A DNA stretch of 32,000 nucleotides. It comes from Okeania sp. (GTDB lineage Bacteria > Cyanobacteriota > Cyanobacteriia > Cyanobacteriales > Microcoleaceae). Below, one piece after another: positions 8,820 to 18,395 of this stretch. A program made the translations under genes and the position numbers. The notes under the pieces are model-generated. The model was given only the letters and a program-made list of their open reading frames with translations. It ran no database searches and was not told where the DNA came from. Where the stretch lies: contig NZ_JAYKGW010000018.1 of NCBI RefSeq assembly GCF_035285525.1, forward strand, positions 67,214-99,213, in the 5' to 3' direction. The number at the start of each line of letters is the position of its first letter. The stretch's first letter is position 1.

Positions 8820-11273
8820 ATGCGTATCTCTCTAAAATGGTTGCGGGAACTGGTAGATATCAATATTACTCCAGAAGAATTAGCTGAAACTCTGACAATG
8901 GCAGGCTTTGAGGTGGAAGAAATAGAAGATCGAAGCACTTGGTCAGCAGGAGTAGTTTTAGGAAAAATCCTAGAAGCTAACAAGCACCCCAATGCTGATA
9001 AACTTCAAGTTTGCCAAGTGGACATTGGTAAGCCAGACCTATTAAATATTGTCTGTGGAGCTGCTAATGCTAGGGCAGGTATTTATGTTGCAGTAGCTAC
9101 CGTCGGTGCTTATTTGGCTGCCATTGATTTAAAAATAAAAAAAAGTAAGCTACGGGGAGTTCCTTCGGAAGGAATGATTTGTTCTTTAACAGAACTGGGC
9201 TTAACTAAGGATTCTGAAGGTATTCATGTATTTGAGCTAGAAAGCCCCCAGTTGGGTTCTGATGTAGGGCCTTTGCTTGGTTTAGATGATGTAATTTTAG
9301 ACTTGACAACAACAGCAAATCGTGCTGATGCTTTGAGTATGATTGGAGTAGCCCGTGAGGTTGCTGCTTTGACTGGATCATTATTGAGAATACCAAATGT
9401 TTCTGAAATTGTTATTCCAGAACTCAATACTAATAGTAGTATCAAAATCGACATCTCAGAATCCGAAGCTTGCCCAATTTATATTGGTACTGTGATTGAA
9501 GGGGTAAAAGTTGGTCCTTCACCGGAATGGTTGAAACAACGATTGGAGTCTGCAAACATAAGAGCGATTAACAACATAGTAGATATTACTAATTATATTT
9601 TGTTAGAGTGGGGTCAGCCACTTCATGGGTTTGACAAAGATAAGATTCAGTTTATCACAGACAATCAGCTCTTGACAATTGGAGTACGCTATGCTAAAGA
9701 AAACGAATCTCTGATTACTTTGGACAGTCAAAAGCGCACCCTGGAAACTGAAACTTTAGTAATTACAGCTAATGATAAACCAATAGCTTTGGCAGGAGTA
9801 ATGGGTGGAGAAGAAACAGAAGTAGGTGAGGGTACGACAAATCTATTATTAGAAGCAGCAATTTTTGCTCCTATTGCTATTCGTCGTTCAGCTCGAACTC
9901 AAGGTTTACGGACGGAAGCTTCTACCAGATATGAACGGGGAGTGAATCAAGCAGAGTTAGGATTAGCTTGTCGTCGTGCTATTCATTTAATTACAGAGTT
10001 GGCTGGAGGAACGGTTACTCATCAGGAGACTTTTACTAATCAAGGAGATGGTATCACAGGAACTAGAGAATTATCTCTGAGTCTGGATCGCATTAACGAA
10101 GTTTTAGGACCATTGAAGCGTGGAGAAAACACTTTAGAGCAATCTTTTTTGCAACCAGAAGAAGTTGAAGGTATTCTCACTTCTTTAGGATGTAGTTTGG
10201 TGAAAACGGAAGCTAGAGAGACAGTAGTTTGGAATGTCACCGTACCTCCCTATCGTTATCGAGACTTGGAACGAGAAATAGACTTGATCGAAGAAGTTGC
10301 CCGGTTGCACGGATATGATAATTTCTGTGAAACTTTGCCAAGTAAAGGTGCAGCAGGTTATTTGCCACCAGAACAGTTGGCAGTTCGTACTCTGCGGAGT
10401 GCTTTGCGGGGTGCAGGGTTAACAGAGTTGATGCACTATTCTTTGGTTAAGCAAGGTGGGGAAAATCAAATTGCGATCGCTAACCCTCTATTTGTAGAAT
10501 ATTCAGCTTTGCGTACAGAACTTTTAACCGGACTTATTGATGCTTTCCAATATAACTTGGAACAAGGAAACAGTACATTGAGTGGGTTTGAAATAGGTCG
10601 TATTTTCTGGAAAGAGACAGAAAAATATCACGAAGCAGAAGCGATCGCCGGAATTATTAGTAATGGTGGCAAAAGTTGGACGCGGGGTGGAAAGGAAGAA
10701 CCTCTGACTTGGTTTGAAGCAAAAGGAATTTTAGAACAAGTTTTTGAGCGACTTTATTTGAAAGTGGAGTACAAAGCATGTTCTGAAAATTATTTGCTGC
10801 ATCCAGGTCGCACAGCATCATTATGGTTGCAAGGTAAATATCTTGGCATTTTTGGGCAACTACATCCTCAACTACGGCAAGAGCGAGATTTGCCGGATGA
10901 GGTTTATGTTTTTCAACTTGACTTAGCAGTACTGGTGTCGGTAATGACTCAAGGAAATATTGTCAGACGGAAGTTTAGTGCTTATTCTACATTTCCTCCA
11001 GCAGATCGAGATATTGCTTTCTTTGTACCAGTTGAGGTATCTGTTAATGAAATTAAACAGGTAATTTCTCAAGCTGCTGGAAAATTATTGGAGTCGATAG
11101 AATTATTTGATGAGTATCGGGGTGAAAATGTACCTGATGGTCAAAGAAGTTTAGCTTTTCGGTTAATTTATCGGGTGAGCGATCGCACTCTGACTGATGA
11201 GGATATTGATCCGGTACAACAAAAAGTAAGAGATGCTTTGGTTGATAAACTGAAAGTCAATCTTAGGAGTTAA
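8820..11273 (+). CDS. pheT: phenylalanine--tRNA ligase beta subunit
   Basis: '[13 protein letters not shown]' is the canonical PheT N-terminus. It is followed by the tRNA-binding (EMAP-like) domain '[16 protein letters not shown]', the B3/4 region '[10 protein letters not shown]', B5, and the C-terminal FDX-ACB 'DRDIAFFV...SLAFRLIYR'. I prefer the ATG at 8820 over the in-frame TTG at 8781. Confidence 0.95.
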   Translation: MRISLKWLRELVDINITPEELAETLTMAGFEVEEIEDRSTWSAGVVLGKILEANKHPNADKLQVCQVDIGKPDLLNIVCGAANARAGIYVAVATVGAYLAAIDLKIKKSKLRGVPSEGMICSLTELGLTKDSEGIHVFELESPQLGSDVGPLLGLDDVILDLTTTANRADALSMIGVAREVAALTGSLLRIPNVSEIVIPELNTNSSIKIDISESEACPIYIGTVIEGVKVGPSPEWLKQRLESANIRAINNIVDITNYILLEWGQPLHGFDKDKIQFITDNQLLTIGVRYAKENESLITLDSQKRTLETETLVITANDKPIALAGVMGGEETEVGEGTTNLLLEAAIFAPIAIRRSARTQGLRTEASTRYERGVNQAELGLACRRAIHLITELAGGTVTHQETFTNQGDGITGTRELSLSLDRINEVLGPLKRGENTLEQSFLQPEEVEGILTSLGCSLVKTEARETVVWNVTVPPYRYRDLEREIDLIEEVARLHGYDNFCETLPSKGAAGYLPPEQLAVRTLRSALRGAGLTELMHYSLVKQGGENQIAIANPLFVEYSALRTELLTGLIDAFQYNLEQGNSTLSGFEIGRIFWKETEKYHEAEAIAGIISNGGKSWTRGGKEEPLTWFEAKGILEQVFERLYLKVEYKACSENYLLHPGRTASLWLQGKYLGIFGQLHPQLRQERDLPDEVYVFQLDLAVLVSVMTQGNIVRRKFSAYSTFPPADRDIAFFVPVEVSVNEIKQVISQAAGKLLESIELFDEYRGENVPDGQRSLAFRLIYRVSDRTLTDEDIDPVQQKVRDALVDKLKVNLRS

Positions 11274-11312
11274 ATCCCCCCTACCCCCCTTTGAAAGGGG
11301 GGATAGCCTAGA

Positions 11313-11446
11313 GTAGGGGGGGCGGGTCTGGCTAACTCAAGGTGAAGAGCTATAGCGCCCTAGCTAGACCCGCCCCTACTTTAGGGGGGCGGGTCTGGCT
11401 AACTCAACATGAAGAGCTATAGCTCCCTAGCTAGACCCGCCCCTAC
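11313..11446. repeat. two tandem copies of an approximately 66-bp palindromic element (GTAGGGGCGGGTCT(A/G)GCTA ... TAGCTAGACCCGCCCCTAC)
   Basis: Copy 1 is 11313-11379 and copy 2 is 11382-11446. Each has arms of about 19 bp that are reverse complements around an approximately 25-nt centre ('actcaaggtgaagagctatagcgcc' / 'actcaacatgaagagctatagctcc'). Confidence 0.85.
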
Positions 11447-11895
11447 AGTAGCTATGCTTTATAAACATCTTTCTTAAGTTTTAAGCACCATATCTAGGGT
11501 GGCTGCGTAAGTCCTGCTAAAATGAAAACCGCTGCCAAGAATGTCTAGTTCAATAGTTACACTTTAGAGGAAGAAAGGTATCCCCCTACCCCTCTTTGAA
11601 AGGCGAGAAAAAATGAAAACGGTAGGGTTTTGGTCTCCAAACCCCTAGGATATTTTCTGCCTTTGATTTTACATGGTTAATCGTTATTATTTTATGTGTT
11701 AACATTAAAAAAAATCAATTAGATAATTTTTTATATGGCAATTTTAAATTAGTGGTAACAAGTTTTACAATAGTTGATTTAACTGATAGCTGACGGCTGT
11801 TACGTTAGAGCATAGACTAATGATAAATCTTAGACTAGAAAATGTTTTTCTAACTGTTTCCTATTCCTTATTCCCTGCTATAAAAAGTTAAAAAT

Positions 11896-14800
11896 ATGAA
11901 CTTTTTCCATAAAAATAACAAATCACCAAAAAATACTCATCCTAAATTTATACTAAGACCAATCTTATTAATTATATTAGGTTACTTAGGTAACTACTTC
12001 AAAATACACTTGTTTTTTGGAGTAGATTTTCTCTTCGGTAGCATCGCAAGTTTAATCGTAATTTATCTCTATGGAATTAGATGGGGTACTTTCGCAGCTT
12101 TGATTATTAGTACCCATACTTATTTTTTATGGGGTCATCCTTATGCAATTATTATTTTTACTCTAGAAGCAATGTTTGTTGGAATAATGTTAAAACGACA
12201 ACATTATAAAAATATGGTTTTGCTAGATGGAATATATTGGATTTTTCTGGGGATGCCTCTAGTTGTATTATTTTATAAATTTGTGTTGGATGTAAGTACA
12301 ACACAAACTATATTAATCATGTTAAAACAATCAGTTAATGGCTTTTTTAATTCTTTAGTTGCTAACTTGATTATTACTTATTTACCAATAAATAAACGGG
12401 TGGTTTTTTCTAGAGCAGAAAAATATTCTTCATTTCAACAAACTATCTTTAATTTGTTAATAGCATTTATTTTATTTCCAGCTTTAACGCTCACTATATT
12501 TAATGGAAAACATATAGTTTATACTATTGAAAGCAATATTGAACAAGATATAATAACAGCAAAAGCTCCTCTGATAAATAACTTAAAATCTTGGTATGAA
12601 CAACATTTTAACGCTATAGTAGAATTGGCAAAAATAGAAAGTGAAACAGACTATCAGAAAATAGAAACTTTACAACAAATTATATCATTAATCAAAAAAA
12701 CATTTCCCTCTTTTCTTAAAATCTATGTTACTGATGTTAGTGGCGACATAATTGCTGCTGAACCCGAATTTAATACATCCGGGGAATCAATGTTGAAGAT
12801 AAATATAGCTGATAAGTATAATCTGAAGGAGATGGCAAAAACCCTAGAACCAAAAATTACAGATGTTCATCGAGATCGAGCTTCTGATGTACCCCATATT
12901 GGTATTGCCATACCAATAGTCAGAAATAATGAGTTTGCAGGTATGGCTTATGGTTCTCTGAATTTAAGTGAGGTTAGTAAATTTCTGACACTAAATACTG
13001 ATGCAAATGGATCGCAAAAAACACAAGCAATACTCGTAGATACTAACAACTATATAATTGCTGACAGTAATTCGGTAGTGACTACGGAGCAAAAGTTCGA
13101 CCTCTTGGAAACAGGAAAAGTTTCCTATCATGGAGATATTTTTCAGTGGCAACCAAAAACACCAGGAATAGCAGCAGTGAAACGCTGGAAAGAATCATTT
13201 TATGGAATGCAAGTCCAGGTAAGTGCAGATATTCCTTGGAATTTATATATTAAGCAACCCACAGGACCTTATATTAATTATTTAGATGTCAGCTACATTA
13301 GAAATCTAACGACGATGCAAATAATAGCAGTCTTAGGATTAATTGCATCAGTTTTAGTTAGCAAAAGATTAGTAGCGCCGATGTTAAAACTGGCAAAAGT
13401 AACTACAGACTTACCCCAAAAACTGCTGCTGGAATCAGCTTCTACAGATTTGCCACATAGTAGAATTGCAGAAATTAATATCTTGACTGCTAACTTTCAG
13501 TTCATGGTAATAGCATTAAAAGAAAAGTTTATAGAAATTAAGGAAACAAATGCGAGCTTAGAAAAACGAGTTGCGGAAAGAACAGAGGAACTTAAGAGTA
13601 AAAATGAAGCTTTAAGTGCAGAAATTATCCATCGTCGTCAGATAGAATCTATTTTGAATGTACAGCAAGAACGTTATGAACTGGCTGTTTCGGGGACAAA
13701 TGATGGCATCTGGGATTGGGATATAGGAACAAATGAAGTTTATTACTCACCCACATGGATGAGAATTATTGGTTACGAAGACAACCCACTTCCTTATACC
13801 TTTTCTACTTGGTCAGATAATGTACACCCAGAAGATATAGAAGGAGCAATTAAAACTGTAGAAGCACACTTAGAAGGAAAAACAGATCGTTATGAGCATA
13901 CCCATAGGATGAAACATAGAGATGGGTATTATATATGGATATTTGCTAAGGGTAAATGTATTTACAATGAGGAAAATCAACCTTATCGTCTGGTTGGTAC
14001 AATCACAGATATTACAGCAAAGAAAGAGGCAGAAGATGAATTGAGAATAGCCAAGGAAGCAGCGGAAGTTGCTAACAGAGCTAAGAGTGAATTTCTGGCA
14101 ACTATGAGTCACGAAATTAGAACTCCGATGAATGCGGTTATTGGGATGACAGGTTTACTTTTGGATACACCGCTAAATGAACAGCAGCAAGATTTTGTGG
14201 AAGTTATCCGCAATAGTGGAGATTCTTTGTTGGTTTTAATTAATGATATTCTTGACTTCTCTAAAATTGAGTCTGGGAAATTAGATTTAGAAGAACAACC
14301 TTTTAATCTCCGAGGTTGTATAGAGGAATGTTTAGACTTGTTTGCTGCCAAAGCAGCCGAAAAAAATTTAGAGCTAGCTTATTTAATAGATGCAAAAACT
14401 CCAGAAGTTATAGTTGGGGACATCACTCGCTTGCGCCAAATATTAGTTAATCTTCTCAGTAACGGGGTTAAGTTTACGGAGACTGGGGAAGTAGTTATAT
14501 CAGTTAGTGCTGCACTGGAAAAACCAGATTTCAACTCTGTGAAAAACTGGTATTGCCCTCTACCCAATGAAAGTCAGTGTCCTCAACCAAATAGTTCCTG
14601 TCCTATTTTCTATAAAATACAATTCGCGGTCAAAGACACTGGTATTGGTATTGCTAAAGATCGCCAAAATCGTTTATTTAAACCTTTTAGTCAAGTTGAT
14701 GCTTCCACAACTCGTCACTATGGTGGTACGGGGTTGGGGTTGGCTATCAGTAAGCGGTTAGCTGAGGTTATGGGAGGAAAAATGTGGGTGGAGAGTGAAG

Positions 14801-16095
14801 CAAATATTGGTTCTACTTTTTTCTTTACGATAGTATCTCCAGCTTTTCCCAATAGTTCATGTTTGGAGGAGGATAATAGAAATAAGAAATTATTACAGAA
14901 TAAACATTTGTTAATTGTTGATGATAATGCTACGATTAGACAAGTGCTGACACTTCAATCAGGAAATCTGGGCATGGTTTCCCAAGCTGTAAGTGGTGGG
15001 GAAGAAGCGCTCGACATCTTAAAGTCAGGGGAGAAATTTGATGTTGCTATTTTAGATATACGAATGCCGCGAATGGATGGTATCAGTCTAGCTAGGGAAA
15101 TTCGTCAGCTACCACCTTTTGAAAAATTGCCTTTAGTTTTTGTTAGTTCTCTAGGTGAGATAGAATCTGCAAATATTACGGCTAATATTGATTCTTCTGT
15201 TTATCTAAATAAACCAATTAAGCAATCTCAACTTGAGAAAATTTTAATCGGAATATTAACAGGAAATGTGGTTGATAGTACCCGAAAAATTGAACTTGAA
15301 TCAAATGTTAAGTTGGCAGAAACATTACCTCTGAAAATTCTCTTAGCTGAGGATAATGTGGTTAACCAAAAAGTAGCAGTTAATATTCTGAAAAATTTAG
15401 GGTATCGAGCTGATATTGTTGCTAATGGTTTTGAGGTTTTAGTAGCTTTACATCGTCAGTTTTATGATGTAGTTTTGATGGATGTACAAATGCCAGAAAT
15501 GGATGGTTTAAGTGCTACACAGCACATTTGTTCTGAATGGGTAAAAGAGGAACGCCCCCGCATTATTGCCATGACTGCTAATGCTATGCAAGGCGATCGC
15601 GAAAAGTGCTTAAATGCTGGCATGGATGACTATATTACGAAACCAGTTCGCCGAGAAGCATTGATTACAGCTTTAAGTAAATGTAGTGCTTTACAAAAGG
15701 AAATAGTTAAAGCAGAAAAAGTAGATATAACGGAATCAGAAGAGGCGGTGGATACAGGAGTGTTGGAAGAGTTGAAGGAGATGGCAGGAAATGATTCGGA
15801 AATGGTTGTTGAAATCATAGATTGTTATTTGGAAGATTCACCTAAACTTTTGGATGAAATTAGTCAAGCAGTTCAAGAAAAGGATTCAGAATTATTACGA
15901 ACGTCTGCTCACAGCATGAAGTCTAGTAGTGCTTCTGTTGGTGCTATCAAGTTGTCTCAGTTTTGTAAGAAATTAGAATATATAGGACGTGGGGGAACTA
16001 CAGAGGGAGCAAATGTAATTTTCTCTGAAGCTAAGGAAGAATATGTAAGAGTTGAGGCTGCTTTACGAAATGAACTTTTAATAATGAATAATTAA
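11896..16095 (+). CDS. hybrid sensor histidine kinase / response regulator with HPt (membrane sensor-Cache-PAS-HisKA-HATPase-REC-REC-HPt)
   Basis: 1399 aa. Domain order:
- N-terminal polytopic hydrophobic region.
- Periplasmic Cache-like segment, then a second TM segment ('IIAVLGLIASVLV').
- Coiled coil, then PAS/PAC ('GIWDWDIGTNEVYYSPTW...HPEDI...YIWIFAKGK...GTITDIT').
- HisKA 'FLATMSHEIRTPMNAVIG'.
- HATPase 'LSNGVKFT...DTGIGI...GGTGLGLAIS'.
- Two receiver domains ('LLIVDDN...DIRMPRMDG' and 'ILLAEDN...DVQMPEMDG...ITKP').
- HPt 'SAHSMKSSSASVGA'. Confidence 0.92.
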   Translation: MNFFHKNNKSPKNTHPKFILRPILLIILGYLGNYFKIHLFFGVDFLFGSIASLIVIYLYGIRWGTFAALIISTHTYFLWGHPYAIIIFTLEAMFVGIMLKRQHYKNMVLLDGIYWIFLGMPLVVLFYKFVLDVSTTQTILIMLKQSVNGFFNSLVANLIITYLPINKRVVFSRAEKYSSFQQTIFNLLIAFILFPALTLTIFNGKHIVYTIESNIEQDIITAKAPLINNLKSWYEQHFNAIVELAKIESETDYQKIETLQQIISLIKKTFPSFLKIYVTDVSGDIIAAEPEFNTSGESMLKINIADKYNLKEMAKTLEPKITDVHRDRASDVPHIGIAIPIVRNNEFAGMAYGSLNLSEVSKFLTLNTDANGSQKTQAILVDTNNYIIADSNSVVTTEQKFDLLETGKVSYHGDIFQWQPKTPGIAAVKRWKESFYGMQVQVSADIPWNLYIKQPTGPYINYLDVSYIRNLTTMQIIAVLGLIASVLVSKRLVAPMLKLAKVTTDLPQKLLLESASTDLPHSRIAEINILTANFQFMVIALKEKFIEIKETNASLEKRVAERTEELKSKNEALSAEIIHRRQIESILNVQQERYELAVSGTNDGIWDWDIGTNEVYYSPTWMRIIGYEDNPLPYTFSTWSDNVHPEDIEGAIKTVEAHLEGKTDRYEHTHRMKHRDGYYIWIFAKGKCIYNEENQPYRLVGTITDITAKKEAEDELRIAKEAAEVANRAKSEFLATMSHEIRTPMNAVIGMTGLLLDTPLNEQQQDFVEVIRNSGDSLLVLINDILDFSKIESGKLDLEEQPFNLRGCIEECLDLFAAKAAEKNLELAYLIDAKTPEVIVGDITRLRQILVNLLSNGVKFTETGEVVISVSAALEKPDFNSVKNWYCPLPNESQCPQPNSSCPIFYKIQFAVKDTGIGIAKDRQNRLFKPFSQVDASTTRHYGGTGLGLAISKRLAEVMGGKMWVESEANIGSTFFFTIVSPAFPNSSCLEEDNRNKKLLQNKHLLIVDDNATIRQVLTLQSGNLGMVSQAVSGGEEALDILKSGEKFDVAILDIRMPRMDGISLAREIRQLPPFEKLPLVFVSSLGEIESANITANIDSSVYLNKPIKQSQLEKILIGILTGNVVDSTRKIELESNVKLAETLPLKILLAEDNVVNQKVAVNILKNLGYRADIVANGFEVLVALHRQFYDVVLMDVQMPEMDGLSATQHICSEWVKEERPRIIAMTANAMQGDREKCLNAGMDDYITKPVRREALITALSKCSALQKEIVKAEKVDITESEEAVDTGVLEELKEMAGNDSEMVVEIIDCYLEDSPKLLDEISQAVQEKDSELLRTSAHSMKSSSASVGAIKLSQFCKKLEYIGRGGTTEGANVIFSEAKEEYVRVEAALRNELLIMNN

Positions 16096-16465
16096 TAATT
16101 AATAATTAATAATTGGGGTTTATTTCTCGTCTAAAAAGAAACCCGGTTTCTAGCTTGGAAACCGGGTTTCTAGATGTAGGTTGGGTTAATGAATAATTAA
16201 TAATTGGGGTTTATTTCTTGTCTAAAAAGAAACCCGGTTTATTTGAGAAACTGGGTTTCTAGATGTAGGTTGGGTTGAGGAACGAAACAAGGGCAAAAAT
16301 CTAATGAATCATGAATAGTTGGGGTTTATTTCTTGTCTAAAAAGAAACCGGGTTTCTAGATGTAGGTTGGGTTGAGGAACGAAACAAGGGCAAAAATCTA
16401 ATGAATCATGAATAGTTGGGGTTTATTTCTTGTCTAAAAAAAACCGGGTTTCTAGCTTGTGTATT
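16087..16465. repeat. four-copy composite tandem array (AT-heptamers + 'GGGGTTTATTTCTTGTCTAAAAAGAAACC(C)GGTTTCT' + 'AGATGTAGGTTGGGTTGAGGAACGAAACAAGGGCAA')
   Basis: 'ggggtttatttct' starts at 16115, 16206, 16321 and 16418, giving spacings of 91, 115 and 97 bp. Copies 3 and 4 are near-identical 97-bp units. (AATAATT)x4 at 16087-16114 overlaps the kinase stop codon. Confidence 0.9.
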
Positions 16466-16556
16466 AAAAAATTATACCCGATGTCTCGCCAAGCCAAGGA
16501 TTTCAATCCTTGACTAATAGCTTAAGTCATCTTGAGATTACTAAATTATTTATCTG

Positions 16557-18392
16557 TCATTGTATAAATTCTTCTGGTGTGTCTGTTGCAGAAATTTCTA
16601 AACGGATAAATTCTGCCCATGCTGCCTCATTTAATAAGTTTAATGCTGCTTGACGATTTTGACGAGCGATCGCTTCTACAACCCCTCGCCATCTCAACCT
16701 TAAATCTTCTATATTTTCATCTGATTTATTAACTATATTTAACCAAGAAATTGCTTTCTCAAAAATCGGCTCATCAGGAGAAATTTGTTGAGAATTTAAT
16801 CCATGAATAACTATTTTTAACCACACTGGAAAAAGTTCAATCCAATTATGATATTGTAATTTTTTTAGTGCTATTTCTGCCATATTTAAAGCACCCCAAA
16901 TACAAATAGATTTAATAGCTAAATTAATATCTTGATTTGCAACTGCGGACTCCCATAATTTCTCAGCATGAGATTGAAATCTAGCTTGTAAATATTCATA
17001 AGCTGGCATAACACTGTCAACACTTGTGACTTTATAAACTGTCTCTCCGCGAAAACCTCTATCTCCTCGATAGGAAAGCCAATTATGAGAACCTGATAAA
17101 TGAACTTTTTTATCGACTAATACTTCCTTAGCATGAGAATTTCCTAACCAAAATATCTGAGCTGCTGGTAAATCTTCAGGGGTTCTAATTGTTAATAATT
17201 TTTCCTCAATTTCCGGCGATATTGGTTTAGTTTCTGCTTCTTGTTTTTCGGCAATTCCATATCCGATTAAAATCCATACTCCATTATTTGCTAGCTTTTG
17301 TAAAAGTTGAATAAATTGCTGATCTACTACTTCCTCCGTCACCCAAGGAGAGTATATTAAAATCTGTTGAGTTGCTGCTTTGAGAGTAGATAAAAACTCT
17401 GGTCTAATTTGGCGATCGCGTAACAAGATAAATTCAGAATTTTTTGGTAAAGTTTTTCTGCCTTTCTCTCTAGTTTTTTTAATTATTTCATTTCCTTGTT
17501 GGCGAATTTTTTCTAGTCTTTCCTCAACTTTTTGGTTTTTTATTTCTAAAATTGATTCAGTTTGAAAAGCTATAGATTCAGAAGATAAACCAAATAATTC
17601 ATTGAACAAAATTTCTCCCGATTCTACCATTTCTTGTAATTGATTTGATACCTGTTCTAAAATTTTATTTTCTTCTCTTGCTTGTAAAATTAATTTTTCT
17701 TCAATCACATCAAATATGACGAAAATAGAAATAGTTTTCCAGGCAATCTTTTCCGCATCTTTATCCACAGAAAAATCTGTAATTATTTGTCCTGATTCTG
17801 GTAAATGCAGACCTAAATTAGAATCTAAAATTTTGGTTCGTAGTTCTGCAATAGTCAAATTAGCAATATCAATAATTGTATTTTCAAAGGTTATAAAATC
17901 TACTAAATTTGGTAGTTCTAGAGATTTAGATGTTAAAGCCGAAAGTCGCCAATTAATTTCTGGAGAAAGAGAATTAGTAATAGCATAAATAAGTTTACTT
18001 TCTGGTGGTTGTGGCAAAGAACCTTTGCCATAAAAATCTTTCCCTTCAGAAGTTACCCTAATTCTAGAATCTGGTGGTATTATAGTTAAAGTTTGTAGAA
18101 ATTTCAGAGTATTAGTAGTGTTTTGAATAAATATAGGGTCTAACTTCAGTATTTGGGCTAATTCTACTTCAGTTGGTGGGGGATTAAACTCAATACTTGC
18201 TCTGAGAATAAATTCCTCTAGAATATTGAAATCTCGTTCTTTAGTAATTTCAATTTGTACCGGAGTTTGATATAGTTGATAACAGAATTGACGGGCAGCA
18301 AAAACTGATAACCCAGGGCTATCTTTTTCGATTTTATCAGATAAACTATTTAATTCAGGGTCGATGTATTTAGTAGAAGATTCTAGAAACAT
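16557..18392 (-). CDS. PLD-superfamily (single HKD motif) nuclease-like protein with wHTH-like N-terminal region
   Basis: 611-aa uninterrupted ORF. The HxK(x)4D(x)6GSxN motif reads 'H420-A-K-EVLV-D-KKVHLS-GSHN' (nt 17082-17135), preceded by 'ILIYSPWV', which is typical of the start of a PLD-like domain. Only one HKD is present. The N-terminus 'EEFILRASIEFNPPPTEVELAQILKLDPIFIQNTTNTLKFLQTL...RIRVTSEG' resembles a winged helix. Residues of about 230-315 are coiled-coil-like, and residues of about 470-611 are helical. Confidence 0.8.
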   Translation of the reverse strand: MFLESSTKYIDPELNSLSDKIEKDSPGLSVFAARQFCYQLYQTPVQIEITKERDFNILEEFILRASIEFNPPPTEVELAQILKLDPIFIQNTTNTLKFLQTLTIIPPDSRIRVTSEGKDFYGKGSLPQPPESKLIYAITNSLSPEINWRLSALTSKSLELPNLVDFITFENTIIDIANLTIAELRTKILDSNLGLHLPESGQIITDFSVDKDAEKIAWKTISIFVIFDVIEEKLILQAREENKILEQVSNQLQEMVESGEILFNELFGLSSESIAFQTESILEIKNQKVEERLEKIRQQGNEIIKKTREKGRKTLPKNSEFILLRDRQIRPEFLSTLKAATQQILIYSPWVTEEVVDQQFIQLLQKLANNGVWILIGYGIAEKQEAETKPISPEIEEKLLTIRTPEDLPAAQIFWLGNSHAKEVLVDKKVHLSGSHNWLSYRGDRGFRGETVYKVTSVDSVMPAYEYLQARFQSHAEKLWESAVANQDINLAIKSICIWGALNMAEIALKKLQYHNWIELFPVWLKIVIHGLNSQQISPDEPIFEKAISWLNIVNKSDENIEDLRLRWRGVVEAIARQNRQAALNLLNEAAWAEFIRLEISATDTPEEFIQ

Positions 18393-18395
18393 TTT

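Noticed and set aside
13870-14761. Cluster of 62-80-aa ORFs (three minus-strand, one alternative-frame plus-strand) inside the hybrid kinase gene. The same applies to 3377-3921, 6529-6735, 8789-10240, 15630-15818, 17380-17988, 20711-21143, 27326-27523, 30077-30313 and 31158-31424.
   Set aside because: All are nested in well-supported longer genes, either on the opposite strand or in an alternative frame of the same strand. They have no motifs and no independent signals, and are typical shadow ORFs.
16115-16465. Possible CRISPR array (regularly spaced copies of an approximately 37-nt repeat)
   Set aside because: There are only 4 copies, and the sequences between repeats are themselves repeated (copies 3 and 4 are near-identical 97-bp units). 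The repeat modules are dispersed elsewhere in the window (4850-4890, 20575-20603, 30585-30625). No cas genes or leader are present.
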